A stretch of 64,000 bases of DNA from Candidatus Bathyarchaeia archaeon (GCA_049516875.1 JBEKSS010000008.1:1-64000); one strand, 5' to 3'; counted from the first letter of the stretch, positions 20,447 to 30,945 are shown. A program made the numbers and translations. The notes: a model not told the origin generated them from the sequence alone.

Positions 20447-21478
20447 ATGGAAGTGGAGACTCTCGCACAGGTATACTTTGAGCTTGATCGTTTTCATAGC
20501 TCTCGAGAGGCTCGTCCATTACACATTTTTTCTGTATTTCCCAAGATAACCACTGATGACCTATCTCGTTTCGCACGTGAAGCTGGCGTTGATGCGATAC
20601 TGGAGAATATAGGTCAGGGGATTTACAGATTTGACATAACAAGTGCCCGAAAACGGCAACATGAATATGGATACTTAATCGATCATGGAAAAATCTGGAA
20701 CATATTGATAAAAACTGTCGAGTCACCGACAGTTGCAGGGAATATTGTAGAGCGATGGTTAGAAAGGATGTACCCCGCAATCTGCCGTTCATACATAAGA
20801 TCGAGTGACCTATTGAACATCATGGATGATTTGTCAAAAGTCAAGGACTCCAAGCTTGATATGCGGAGCTATGTTCTTAGAGCCCATGACAGCCATGAAA
20901 CTGTAAAGAAATGGAAAAGTGATAAACCATACTCAAGAGGTGAAATAGAACGAACTGTCAGGAGAGAAGGGCAACTACTTGAAGCGATGAATTTCCTTTT
21001 TCATGTTGAGCAAACATATTTTCATGTAAGAATACAAGCCGATGGACATTTCGTCTTTTATGAAGGAGGGCAGTATTGCTTCTCCAACTTCCAGAGGCTG
21101 GTACTATCAAAGTTTAACGAAACAGCCTTGTTGAATCATGAATTCTTCTCAAATCGGGAAAGGCGAATTGTTGATGGTAGGGCAGAAGTATCCAGAATAC
21201 ACTTAGAACCTGCAAGGAATCTGGGTAAGTCTGACTTTGAGAGACTCAGTTCACATCTTAGCATGAAGTACTCCACTGCCGTTCTACATGGCGGTAACCC
21301 TTGGCTACTAATGAACATCATAGATCGAGGTGATGGGAGTTCTTTTGACCTTCATGGTTATCCATCCGAAATTCAAGTTATTCCTTTTAACAGAGGGTCA
21401 CCCGAGAGTCTGATGAGATTGATTCATGGCATATATGAATTGTTTCCATTAATAGAACTCAAAGAAGAGACACAGTGA
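20447..21478 (+). CDS. Hypothetical protein (343 aa), gene 1 of an overlapping pair
   Basis: Long ORF with upstream SD-like sequence; 4-nt overlap with the next gene. Confidence 0.75.
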   Translation: MEVETLAQVYFELDRFHSSREARPLHIFSVFPKITTDDLSRFAREAGVDAILENIGQGIYRFDITSARKRQHEYGYLIDHGKIWNILIKTVESPTVAGNIVERWLERMYPAICRSYIRSSDLLNIMDDLSKVKDSKLDMRSYVLRAHDSHETVKKWKSDKPYSRGEIERTVRREGQLLEAMNFLFHVEQTYFHVRIQADGHFVFYEGGQYCFSNFQRLVLSKFNETALLNHEFFSNRERRIVDGRAEVSRIHLEPARNLGKSDFERLSSHLSMKYSTAVLHGGNPWLLMNIIDRGDGSSFDLHGYPSEIQVIPFNRGSPESLMRLIHGIYELFPLIELKEETQ

Positions 21479-22455
21479 AGATCAGTTTGCTCTCGCTTAA
21501 ATATCCAGAACTGGAGAGTGCTAAGAAAGAAGTTTCAACTGAGGTTCATGCATATATTGACGCAATTACGGTATTGAGTTCTCTTCAAGATTATATTAGA
21601 AGCGTGGGGATTGAGTGTCACATCGAAAGGAAACTAGAAAAGAAAAACGGAAACCCTAAGAAACCCGATTTATTGATCTGTTCTGACAATTACATCATTG
21701 TTGATCACAAGTATACTGAAAGTGAGAATGAAAAGACGCTGGCAGGCAAACTAGAGGAGATGAGAGAATACAACTCTACGTTTGTCTTCAGTAATGGTAA
21801 ACCGAGTTTTGAAAAGGAGTTTACTCCCGAAGTTGTAATGTTGACTCCAGAAGGAAGCGTGGCGTCTTTCAGAAAGTTGCTGGATTGCCCTATTACATGG
21901 GGATATATTTTAGACAGTGAAGTTGTCATAAAACAAATGATTTGGTCAATCAAAGATTCCAAGGTATTGTCACTTTTCAATCCTAATCTGATATGTGCTA
22001 TGGCTGAGGAAATTTCAAGGTACAAATTCTTCATATCGCACCCTCCTTTGCCTTATGCCTCTTGTGAAATATACAATGTTCTATGGACACTCTCACCACC
22101 CCAACAGTTTTTTGCTCCAGAATTCGAAGTGAAATACAAGGACATTCTAGGTGTCTTTAATTCCCTGTTTCCACCTTGGATTTCTGGCGAAGCTAAACAG
22201 TTGAATGTGAAAAGACTAGAAGAGGCACTCGATTTTCTTCAAAGGACAAAATGGGTCAAATGGTTCAAAACGGAGAAACTCGTAATAGTCTACAGAAACA
22301 AAGGGAGAAACATAGCAGATACATTATCATATTTGATTGACTTTTATGCCAAAGTCCTGCATACGAAAAGAGTAATTGAATATCAAAAGGAAGTAAAGAA
22401 GCTTGAGCAATTGCAGAAACCAGTAGCTCAAAAGAAGTTGGATGATTTCTCATGA
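21475..22455 (+). CDS. Putative PD-(D/E)xK nuclease-fold protein
   Basis: KPDLLI...IIVDHK motif. Confidence 0.6.
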   Translation: MKISLLSLKYPELESAKKEVSTEVHAYIDAITVLSSLQDYIRSVGIECHIERKLEKKNGNPKKPDLLICSDNYIIVDHKYTESENEKTLAGKLEEMREYNSTFVFSNGKPSFEKEFTPEVVMLTPEGSVASFRKLLDCPITWGYILDSEVVIKQMIWSIKDSKVLSLFNPNLICAMAEEISRYKFFISHPPLPYASCEIYNVLWTLSPPQQFFAPEFEVKYKDILGVFNSLFPPWISGEAKQLNVKRLEEALDFLQRTKWVKWFKTEKLVIVYRNKGRNIADTLSYLIDFYAKVLHTKRVIEYQKEVKKLEQLQKPVAQKKLDDFS

Positions 22456-22663
22456 ACTCTCGCCTGTCTTCAAATTGAGGAATTTCTCCAGAGGTTTTTT
22501 GCCTTCCTGAAAAAGGTACTCTTGACCTTGAAAAGGTGACGCTTGGACTCGAATCGATTATATAACTTCTATAGCATTGATTCAGCGAATCTAATCCAAC
22601 TCTGACAACCAAAGACAATACAACAGTGATCAGAAGGACATAGCCTCTCTCTCTCGCGCGCGC

Positions 22664-22885
22664 TATACGTACATCTTGACCTTTGCTCCATTTTCCATCA
22701 GCAGTCTTAAAGATGGTTACATAGCTACTACCATTCTTGATGTTTCCCACGATAGAGGGTCTTGTGAATTCCCCAACATTGCCAACAGAATCGCCCAAAT
22801 CTTCGTGTACTTTCACTTTTTCTATATGAGTGTGCTTAGCATTATATCGAACAGCAGAAATCAAGAAATCAGCCCATTTTGCCAC
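22664..22885 (-). pseudogene. DUF3892-like gene, 3'-truncated at a (GC)n tract
   Basis: MAKWADFLISAVRY..THIEKVKVH..WSKGQDVRI then ARARERG; the family C-terminus is absent. Confidence 0.7.
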
Positions 22886-23038
22886 TGCTAATTACCCCAA
22901 CCTAAGTGGTGTTTTGTTACAACTACTATTTAACCCTTCGTTGCATTGTCAGTGCGAGCTTCGAATGTTTTTGTGGAAATTCCCAAAGTGCAGATTCACA
23001 AGTTTTATTACGGTTTTCCTTTCACACTAAGACGTATC

Positions 23039-24244
23039 ATGGGAGGAAAAATTTTGACGGCCGAGAAAATATGGAAAACAGCGGTTATCGGGTCTGGTGC
23101 GATGGGCCATGGGATAACTGAGCTTTTGGCGATGAACGGGTATGAAGTCACGATGGTGGATATAAATGACGAGATTCTGCAGAAAGCCAAGGAAAAAATA
23201 AAGTGGAGCTTGGGCAAGTTTGTCGAAAAGAGGCGTATAAGGCAAGAGGACGCTGAAGCGGCGTTAGCGCGGGTGGCCACGACGACCAGTTATGAGCAGG
23301 CGGGCAAGGACGTCGACTTCGCGATAGAGGCGGCTCCGGAAAACATGGACCTGAAAAAAAACGTGTTCGCCAAACTCGACCAAGTGACTCCGTCGCACGC
23401 GATATTGGCGTCTAACACTTCTACGCTGAGCATTACGGAGATGGGAAAGGCAACCAAACGCCCGGACAAAGTAGCCGGAATGCACTTCTTCAACCCACCC
23501 CATCAGATGGCGCTCGTCGAAGTCGTCAAGGGAGGCGGCACGAGCCAAGAAACCATCACAGCCCTAGCAGAACTCGCACGGAAACTCGGAAAAACACCCG
23601 TCATCGTCAGAAAAGACGTGCGCGGCTTCATAGTAAACCGCATACTGGGCGCAGCGTTCAACGAGGCCTTCTGGGCCTACCAACGAAAAGAAGCAACCAT
23701 GCTGGGAATCGACGCCTCAGTCAAGTACACAGGCGGGTTCCCGATGGGATGGTTCGAACTCGCCGACTTCGTCGGACTCGACATAGACTACGAGGTTGGA
23801 AGAATACTTTACGAAGCCTACGGAGAACGGTTCAAACCATGCTCAGAAGTAGTCGACCCCCTCATAAAAGAACACAAGTTCGGACAAAAAACAGGCGTAG
23901 GCTTCTACGACTGGACCAAAGGCCGCCCGAGAATACCGTTCAACCTGCTGGACGAGTACGACGTTGACAGGTCGTGGGCAGTGGCCGTGAACGAAGCCGC
24001 ATGGCTGATCAGCGACGACGCGACAAACCCCGAAGACATCGACACGGCAATGAAGCTCGGGACATTCTGGCCTCAAGGTCCATGCGAGCACGCAGACCGA
24101 ACGGGACTCGACGTGATAGCCAACAAGCTTAAAGAGCTGTACGCCAAGTACAACATGGAAATGTACAAACCCTGCCCGCTGCTCGAAGAGTACGTGAGCA
24201 AGGGCTGGACCGGAAAGAAAGCTGGAAGAGGGTTCTACAAATGA
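23039..24244 (+). CDS. 3-hydroxyacyl-CoA dehydrogenase
   Basis: GSGAMGHG, ASNTS, GMHFFNP, GFIVNRI. Confidence 0.95.
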   Translation: MGGKILTAEKIWKTAVIGSGAMGHGITELLAMNGYEVTMVDINDEILQKAKEKIKWSLGKFVEKRRIRQEDAEAALARVATTTSYEQAGKDVDFAIEAAPENMDLKKNVFAKLDQVTPSHAILASNTSTLSITEMGKATKRPDKVAGMHFFNPPHQMALVEVVKGGGTSQETITALAELARKLGKTPVIVRKDVRGFIVNRILGAAFNEAFWAYQRKEATMLGIDASVKYTGGFPMGWFELADFVGLDIDYEVGRILYEAYGERFKPCSEVVDPLIKEHKFGQKTGVGFYDWTKGRPRIPFNLLDEYDVDRSWAVAVNEAAWLISDDATNPEDIDTAMKLGTFWPQGPCEHADRTGLDVIANKLKELYAKYNMEMYKPCPLLEEYVSKGWTGKKAGRGFYK

Positions 24245-25395
24245 AGTTCGACCTGACAGAAGAACAGGTTCACATCAAGAACGCCGTCAGAGACTTCTGC
24301 ACAAAAGAGTTCAAGCTCGAAATGGCTTTAGACCTCGACAAAAAAGAAGAGTACCCACTCGAACTTTACAAGGCAGCCGCGAAGCTGGGCTTCACCAGTA
24401 TGGCCATCCCGGAGGAGTACGGCGGCCAGGGCTGCGGAATCTTGGAAACATGCCTCGTTGTGGAAGAACTCTGCCGAGGCGACAGCTCACTGGGTGTGGC
24501 AATTTCGGCAGGTGGCTTCGGAAGCGAGCTCATCCTGACACACGGAACCAAAGAACAGAAAGAGAAGTATATCCCGCCGATATGCAGGGGCGACTGGCTG
24601 TCTGCGGCGGCGTTCACTGAGCCGAACGTCAGCGGAAGCGACATAACCAAGATGGAGACCACAGCCACAAAGTACGGCAACGAGTGGTGGATAAACGGCC
24701 AGAAAACCTTCATAACAAACGCTACTATGGCCGACTTCGTGGTAGTCCTCACGCAGACCGACCCGAAAGTCAGACCTACCTACCGAGGAGAAACGCTGTT
24801 CATAGTCGAGAAGGGCGCGGCGGGCTTCGAAGCCACGAAGCTTCACAACAAGATGGGAATAAGAGCCTCAACGACGGGCGAACTCAACTTCGACAACGTC
24901 AAAGTCACAGACGCGGCCATCGTCGGCGAACTCAACAAGGGCTTCTACTACGCCATGGAATTCTTCGACAGCACAAGAGTAGGCGTGGCAGCCCAGGCCG
25001 TTGGCATGGCCCAAGGAGCGTGGGAAATCGCTTTCAAATACGCCAAACAAAGAGAAGCCTTCGGCTCGCCGATAATGCAGCACGAAGCAATCGGCATGAC
25101 GCTGGCAGAAATGGCCACAAAAATCGAAGCCGCAAGGCTGCTAACCTACAAAGCCGCACAACTCATTGACGACAAGAAGATGGATCCAATGGCCACCGCG
25201 ATGGCCAAGTACTACGCAGCGCACGTGGCAATGGAAGTCACCAACGCCGCAATCCAAACACTAGGAGGATACGGATACTTCGGCGAGTACCGCGTCGAAA
25301 AATACCACCGCGACGCAAAAATAACCGAAATCTACGAAGGCACCTCGGAAATTCAAAGACTGCAAATTCTCAAGTACCTGCTCAGCAAGTACTAG
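24241..25395 (+). CDS. Acyl-CoA dehydrogenase
   Basis: FTEP..GSD, NGQKTFITN, GGYGY, IYEGTSEIQR. Confidence 0.95.
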   Translation: MKFDLTEEQVHIKNAVRDFCTKEFKLEMALDLDKKEEYPLELYKAAAKLGFTSMAIPEEYGGQGCGILETCLVVEELCRGDSSLGVAISAGGFGSELILTHGTKEQKEKYIPPICRGDWLSAAAFTEPNVSGSDITKMETTATKYGNEWWINGQKTFITNATMADFVVVLTQTDPKVRPTYRGETLFIVEKGAAGFEATKLHNKMGIRASTTGELNFDNVKVTDAAIVGELNKGFYYAMEFFDSTRVGVAAQAVGMAQGAWEIAFKYAKQREAFGSPIMQHEAIGMTLAEMATKIEAARLLTYKAAQLIDDKKMDPMATAMAKYYAAHVAMEVTNAAIQTLGGYGYFGEYRVEKYHRDAKITEIYEGTSEIQRLQILKYLLSKY

Positions 25396-25447
25396 AAGAA
25401 TCAATCCGAAAAAACTCATATATGCACACAGAAAAACTCTAGTCTAG

Positions 25448-26245
25448 GTGATATCCGTGAGTAAAGCGTATGAAACCATCAAGGTTGAGAGAGACCAAAG
25501 TGCGCTGTGGATAATACTGAACCGCCCGCAGAGGCTGAACGCGCTCAACGACGTCTTGCTCGAAGAGCTCGCCGACATGCTCGAAACCGCTGAGAGAGAC
25601 CCCAGCGTCAAATGCGTCGTCATCACCGGCGACGGAGACAGGTCTTTCAGCGCAGGCGCTGACGTAACCATGTTCCCAAAAACAACTCCAGTGAAGGCTG
25701 AAGAAGGCTCAAGAGGGGGCCAGAAAACCTTCAGCAAGATAGAAGAGATGAGCAAGCCTGTCATAGCGGCAATAAACGGTTATGCACTCGGCGGCGGCCT
25801 GGAACTGGCCTTGGCATGCGACTTCAGAGTAGCAGCCGAACACGCAGAGCTTGGACATCCCGAAATAACTCTAGGCCTGATACCCGCATGGGGAGGCACT
25901 CAAAGACTCGTTAGAACCATAGGACTGGCTAGAGCCAAGGAACTAATAATGTTCGGAAACAGAATCAAAGCAGACGAAGCCCTCAGAATCGGGTTGGTGC
26001 ACAAGGTAGTGCACTACGACAAGCTGCGACAAGAAGTCGGAGAAATGGCCAAGAAGCTTTCCGAAGGACCATCGATAGCCTTAAAGTACGCAAAGTACGC
26101 CTTGAACTACGGAACGCAGGTTCCTCTGGAAATCGGACTGAGACTTGAGGCAGGACTGAGTGGACTAGCGTTTTCCACGGAAGACGTCAAAGAAGGCGTA
26201 GAGGCAATGATGTCTCGGAGGAAAGCTGAGTTCAAAGGCAAGTAG
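25448..26245 (+). CDS. Enoyl-CoA hydratase (crotonase)
   Basis: LNRP..LNAL, FSAGAD, ALGGGLELALACD. Confidence 0.95.
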   Translation: MISVSKAYETIKVERDQSALWIILNRPQRLNALNDVLLEELADMLETAERDPSVKCVVITGDGDRSFSAGADVTMFPKTTPVKAEEGSRGGQKTFSKIEEMSKPVIAAINGYALGGGLELALACDFRVAAEHAELGHPEITLGLIPAWGGTQRLVRTIGLARAKELIMFGNRIKADEALRIGLVHKVVHYDKLRQEVGEMAKKLSEGPSIALKYAKYALNYGTQVPLEIGLRLEAGLSGLAFSTEDVKEGVEAMMSRRKAEFKGK

Positions 26246-26293
26246 CCTCAACATCCCTTTTCTTTACAACATCCAAGCAAAGGATGAACGAAG

Positions 26294-27475
26294 GTGTTTA
26301 GTGTGAGAAAGGTTGCAGTCATAGGAGTTGGCAACTCGAAGTTCGGAGTCAGAAACGACGTCACCATATCTGAACTTGCTTTTGAAGCCGTCAAGCCTTC
26401 TCTTCAAGACGCTGGCCTCGCCGCGAAGGACATCGAATTCGTCGCCCTCGGATCTGTAGGAGCCGGGGCCTGGTACGAAGAACTCCTTCCAGCCGTAGTC
26501 ATCTCAGAATACTGCGGAATGACAAAAGCAGGACTCGTTCGCTGCGAGGCAGCATGCGCAAGCGGCAGCGCAGCCTTCTTCACCGCATATTCAGCCATTG
26601 CAAGCGGCCAAGCCGAAATCACCATGGCACTGGGAGCGGAGAAGATGAGGGAAATCGACTCTGCACTGGCCATGGAGTGGATTGGAAGAGCTGGATACTA
26701 CTTGTGGGAGTTCCACAACTTCGGCGTCACGTTCCCAGCATACTACGCCCTGTACGCCAGCGCACACATGGCCAAGTATGGCACGACCGAAGAAGACTTG
26801 GCCTTGGTCGCCGTCAAAAACCACAAGTACGCGGCGATGAACCCGATTGCGCATCTTCGAAACAAAGTCACCGTTGAAGACGTGCTGTCCTCCATGGTCA
26901 TCGCGTCGCCCCTCAAACTGTACGACTGCTGTCCCCTGACGGACGGTGCCTCTTCCCTAATTCTCGCATCCGAAGAAAAAGTCAAAGAACTGAAAATTGA
27001 CACTCCCGTTTGGGTGGCAGGCATAGGCTATTCTTCTGGTACAGCAAACATGAGCAAGAGAACAGACTTCGTCGGTCTGGAGGCAAGTGTGCTAGCTTCT
27101 CAGAGAGCCTACAAGGCCGCGGGCATCACTCCCGAACAGGTTGAAGTGGCCGAAGTCCACGACTGCTTCACGATAGCAGAGATAATGGCCTACGAAGACA
27201 TCGGTCTATGCAAGAAGGGTGAAGGCGTCAAACTCTTGCGTGAAGGACAAACAGAGATTGGGGGAAAGATACCGGTCAACATGGATGGAGGACTGAAGGC
27301 GAAGGGACATCCGATTGGCACAACAGGCTGCGCGATGATGTATGAACTGACTCGGCAACTCAGAGAAGAAGCGGTCGAGAAAACAAGACAAGTGCCACTG
27401 AAAAACTATATCGCTCTCGCCCACAACGTCGGAGGAACCGGACACTACTGCTACGTCACGATTCTGAGGAGGTGA
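26294..27475 (+). CDS. Archaeal thiolase (acetyl-CoA acetyltransferase)
   Basis: EAACASG, EVHDCF, KGHPIG. Confidence 0.95.
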   Translation: MFSVRKVAVIGVGNSKFGVRNDVTISELAFEAVKPSLQDAGLAAKDIEFVALGSVGAGAWYEELLPAVVISEYCGMTKAGLVRCEAACASGSAAFFTAYSAIASGQAEITMALGAEKMREIDSALAMEWIGRAGYYLWEFHNFGVTFPAYYALYASAHMAKYGTTEEDLALVAVKNHKYAAMNPIAHLRNKVTVEDVLSSMVIASPLKLYDCCPLTDGASSLILASEEKVKELKIDTPVWVAGIGYSSGTANMSKRTDFVGLEASVLASQRAYKAAGITPEQVEVAEVHDCFTIAEIMAYEDIGLCKKGEGVKLLREGQTEIGGKIPVNMDGGLKAKGHPIGTTGCAMMYELTRQLREEAVEKTRQVPLKNYIALAHNVGGTGHYCYVTILRR

Positions 27476-27912
27476 ATCACGTGTCAATGCCGTCCATCAA
27501 ATCCCGAGAAATAAAGCTTGTTCAGGACATACCGATAAGCAAGAACCTGAAGTTTTATGAAGGCCTAAAAGAAGGAAAAGTCTACGCCACCAAATGCAAA
27601 GAATGCGGAAAACTCTATTTTCCACCAAACGCTGATTGCCCCGCCTGTCTAACAACGGAGTTGGAGTGGGTCCAGCTCAGCAGCGAAGCAGAAGTCGAAA
27701 CCTTCACACACGTGGTCATCAGACCAACGACTTTCCAGCAGAACAAGCCCTACACTGTGGCCATCGGAAAACTGAAAGAAGGCGTAAAAGTCCTCGCCTG
27801 GCTCACTGGGTTCAAACTCTCGGAAATCAAGGTAGGCATGAAAGTAAAACTGGTCGCCAAAACCTCAATAGAGGGAAACCCGACATACGAGTTCGTGCGT
27901 CTTCAGCAATAG
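27472..27912 (+). CDS. Zn-ribbon/OB-fold (DUF35) thiolase partner
   Basis: CKECG..FPP..CPAC followed by an OB-fold. Confidence 0.9.
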   Translation: MNHVSMPSIKSREIKLVQDIPISKNLKFYEGLKEGKVYATKCKECGKLYFPPNADCPACLTTELEWVQLSSEAEVETFTHVVIRPTTFQQNKPYTVAIGKLKEGVKVLAWLTGFKLSEIKVGMKVKLVAKTSIEGNPTYEFVRLQQ

Positions 27913-28769
27913 TGGGTTTCGGTGGGTTCCAACTTCCATTTTTCTATCCATTCCATCGTCTTAGCGATTAACTCGTCTTCCTTTCCTTCGTAAGTGGGGC
28001 CGGCGGACTCTAGTACTAGGAGAGTTTTCGGATCGTGCGCTGAGGCGAAAACTTGGCGCGCCTCGTCTTCACCGTGGATGTTGTCCGAGCCACCTATTAC
28101 GATGAGCACGGGCAGATTGTGCAGTTTTGAAATCTCCTCACACTCGTTCAGCTTCATGAGTTTCCGTCGCACGTCTTTCAGGCGCAAGTTTATCCCGAAG
28201 ACTTCAAGCCTGAACAATCTTGAAACGTTTAAGAAGCTATCCATTCTGGAGAGCATCAAGAACGTGTAAAGACCCAGCCTCCCTCTTGTGCGGGTGATGA
28301 ACTTCTTGACGTTGTAGTCATGGTTCTTGGGTGGAGACCAAAGGACCAGCCCTCTGACCCGCTTTTCATTCTGAACCGCGTAGAGCGACACGGCAGCGCC
28401 CAGACTGTGCCCCACGATGAAAATGCTGTTGGACTCGACTTCTGGTCTGGAAGCCAAATAGTTCAGGGCGCACCTGACGTCTTGTTGTTCGCCGAAGCCA
28501 TAGTCAAATTCACCAGTGCTTTTCCCGACTCCGCGAAAATCGAACAACAAGGAAACAAACCCGCTTCGACAGGCTCTTTCAGCCAACATGGAGTATATCT
28601 TCAATCCATGGTAGCCTCGAACATCCATAAAATGGCAAATCAGGATTCCAGGCGCCGGACAGTTGTCAGGAACGTGTATTTCGCCGTAAAGCCTCGCGTT
28701 TTCGCATTGTATCCATGTTTCCTCGACTTTCACTGGCCTTCCATCCATGGAAAATATTATTACTTCCAA
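27903..28769 (-). CDS. Alpha/beta hydrolase
   Basis: FDFRGVGKSTG, GHSLG nucleophile elbow. Confidence 0.88.
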   Translation of the reverse strand: MEVIIFSMDGRPVKVEETWIQCENARLYGEIHVPDNCPAPGILICHFMDVRGYHGLKIYSMLAERACRSGFVSLLFDFRGVGKSTGEFDYGFGEQQDVRCALNYLASRPEVESNSIFIVGHSLGAAVSLYAVQNEKRVRGLVLWSPPKNHDYNVKKFITRTRGRLGLYTFLMLSRMDSFLNVSRLFRLEVFGINLRLKDVRRKLMKLNECEEISKLHNLPVLIVIGGSDNIHGEDEARQVFASAHDPKTLLVLESAGPTYEGKEDELIAKTMEWIEKWKLEPTETHYC

Positions 28770-28800
28770 TCATCGCTTATATTTATAGTGTAGATGTGTC

Positions 28801-28916
28801 CGGAAAACCATTATTTCAGCCTTTCTATCGGACAAAACGGGACAAATCCTCTTATTCCTTTTGGGCAAGCTAGTTCTCTGGGATGAATGCAACATTACTT
28901 TGCCGAAATTCCATGG
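28801..28916 (-). repeat. ~115-bp repeat C, left copy (inverted relative to 33696-33810)
   Basis: 23-bp and 39-bp blocks identical to the right copy in reverse complement. Confidence 0.9.
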
Positions 28917-29165
28917 TCACAAGACATTTTCTAAACGGAGAACATGAAAAACCTATGGATAAAAACTTTAACTTCAAGCGCTAACGCGCGTCGCACCAAG
29001 AACTAGGCGCGCTAGCCTCAGCAAGTTTGGGTCCGTCTGTTTGACCTCAACTCAAGCCCGGACAAGTTTAATCCCAACCAAAATCATCTTTTCTTGGACT
29101 GCACCATGATAGAGACAGACGAGGGCAACCGTTATACCAATTGAGGTCGATATTGGCCTACTGAA

Positions 29166-29612
29166 ATGGTAACCCGAACATTAGGAGTGTTTATTAGTTC
29201 TAAACAAGTCGAGCTTGATGACGAAAGACAGATAGCAAAAGAAGTGGTAGAATCCTTTGGTTTTGAACCTATAATGTCAGAAAATAGACCAGCTTCTCCC
29301 AATTCACCACTTTCAGTTTGTTTAGAAGAGGTGGAACACTCAGATATTTACCTGGGAATCTTTTATAAGGAGTATAGCGGACCGACGGAAGCTGAATACC
29401 TCAAAGCTACTGAACTAGACATCCCATGTTTAATCTTTATGAAGAAATTGAGGGAGGACGAACACAGAGATAACTCCTTGAATACATTATTACGAGAAAT
29501 ACGCCATCCGACGAAAGGAAGATGGACCAACGATTTTGAACATGTAATCGAACTGAAGGGGAAAATAAGAACAAGTCTTGTGAGATTGCTTGTTAGTAGG
29601 TTCAGGAGTTAG
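29166..29612 (+). CDS. DUF4062 (TIR/NDT-like) domain protein
   Basis: VFISS..L..ER, CLEEVEHSDIYLGI, TEAEY..A. Confidence 0.85.
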   Translation: MVTRTLGVFISSKQVELDDERQIAKEVVESFGFEPIMSENRPASPNSPLSVCLEEVEHSDIYLGIFYKEYSGPTEAEYLKATELDIPCLIFMKKLREDEHRDNSLNTLLREIRHPTKGRWTNDFEHVIELKGKIRTSLVRLLVSRFRS

Positions 29613-29620
29613 AGCTTGAA

Positions 29621-30301
29621 ATGGCAGGGCAACATGAGAAAATAGATTTGAAGAAATTGCGAGTCGAACAACCGTGGCTTATCGAAGAAGAAGCAAAAAG
29701 AATCCTTTCACGACCGAAAAATGAACAGATTGAAATAGTAGACCAAATCGTAAAGAGTTTCAAGCTCAAAAGCGAGGAAACACGATGGGTCATAGGACTT
29801 TTAATCGAGTATTTACTTGATTACGATCCATGCTTGGTACCACACCAGATCATTCTGGACATGGCTGCAGATAGATCATTTTCAGTAAGATCGTCTGCAG
29901 CTGTCTGTCTCTTTAAGCTCTCTGGTGTAGCTCCGAGCGAAGTTCCCCTGGACGTGTTGAGCAGACTTGCGTCTGTAGACGAGGACTGGTATGTCTACTC
30001 ACCAGCCCTAGCTGCTCTTAAGGTCCTGTCTCATAAAAGACCTGCAGCAGTGGGAATCCTTGTTGATATGATTTCCAGTGAGGATATTAACAAAATCGAA
30101 ATGGGTCTGCTATCTTTATTAGATGTAGTTCGCAATGATCCTGATGCTGTTAAACCAGAAACTATTCAAGAGCTAGAAAAACACATCGGTGAACTCAAGG
30201 AAGTAACTCCTGAGAGCGTAAAGAAATCTCTTGAAGAAATCATTAGCTTAATTCAAGCCAAACCATCAAAATCCACAGTTATACGGTACTCTCCATTTTG
30301 A
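29621..30301 (+). CDS. HEAT/ARM-repeat-like protein
   Basis: D..FSVRSSAAVCL, DEDWYV..ALAAL. Confidence 0.6.
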   Translation: MAGQHEKIDLKKLRVEQPWLIEEEAKRILSRPKNEQIEIVDQIVKSFKLKSEETRWVIGLLIEYLLDYDPCLVPHQIILDMAADRSFSVRSSAAVCLFKLSGVAPSEVPLDVLSRLASVDEDWYVYSPALAALKVLSHKRPAAVGILVDMISSEDINKIEMGLLSLLDVVRNDPDAVKPETIQELEKHIGELKEVTPESVKKSLEEIISLIQAKPSKSTVIRYSPF

Positions 30302-30425
30302 TACTGTTAAAAGAACCGCATACGGTTCTAGCGCGCGTGCAGTTGGCTGAGGAATATATACCTATATCATGGCTACTGCATTGCTACACGTGACACATCA
30401 GCGCGCGCGCTAAACCCTAAAACTC

Positions 30426-30584
30426 TCATCTTAAATCACACCAATGCTTTCCTTCCTTTAATAACACTATTTTTCTTCCAGAGTTTTTCATCCTCAAATA
30501 TGTATTCTTGGGCAGAATCCTCTCACTACCATCTTCACACCTAACAAGAACAACCCCTTTAGCATGTTCAATTCCTGAAACCAT
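30426..30584 (-). CDS. Small hypothetical protein
   Basis: Directly follows the upstream ORF in an operon-like arrangement. Confidence 0.4.
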   Translation of the reverse strand: MVSGIEHAKGVVLVRCEDGSERILPKNTYLRMKNSGRKIVLLKEGKHWCDLR

Positions 30585-30588
30585 TTTC

Positions 30589-30945
30589 TCAGCATCTTTC
30601 TTCAAGTAAATCATCCATAGTATCACTTATCTGATTCCACGCATGAACGAATGTTTTTATCCTCTTTTGGCTATCGTTTGAACCTTTCTCCAGTCGCTCA
30701 ACCCAAAACTTTGAGGCTAACGTCATTAGGATACTTAACTTCACCATTTCGTTCAATGTCAGCCAGATAGGTTCCACTGAGCATGGTTCACCGGTATCTT
30801 TGTCCTCAGACTCCATCCTGACATAGAAAATGGCGTTCGAAGCCTTTGGAGGTTCAGGATGTATCCCAGCTATCAATCTAATCTTATGCGTTTCCGTCTC
30901 TTTAACGAACTCTTGAACCAACTTTCTAGCTACACGCCTCACCAT
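30589..30945 (-). CDS. Hypothetical protein
   Basis: 118-aa ORF with AT-rich promoter-like sequence upstream. Confidence 0.6.
   Translation of the reverse strand: MVRRVARKLVQEFVKETETHKIRLIAGIHPEPPKASNAIFYVRMESEDKDTGEPCSVEPIWLTLNEMVKLSILMTLASKFWVERLEKGSNDSQKRIKTFVHAWNQISDTMDDLLEERC

Noticed and set aside
22265-22885. 206-aa protein from the ORF track
   Set aside because: Chimeric read-through past a breakpoint, overlapping the opposite-strand gene.
19945-22900. Intact casposon
   Set aside because: No PolB, no full-length Cas1 and no paired TIRs or TSD identified.
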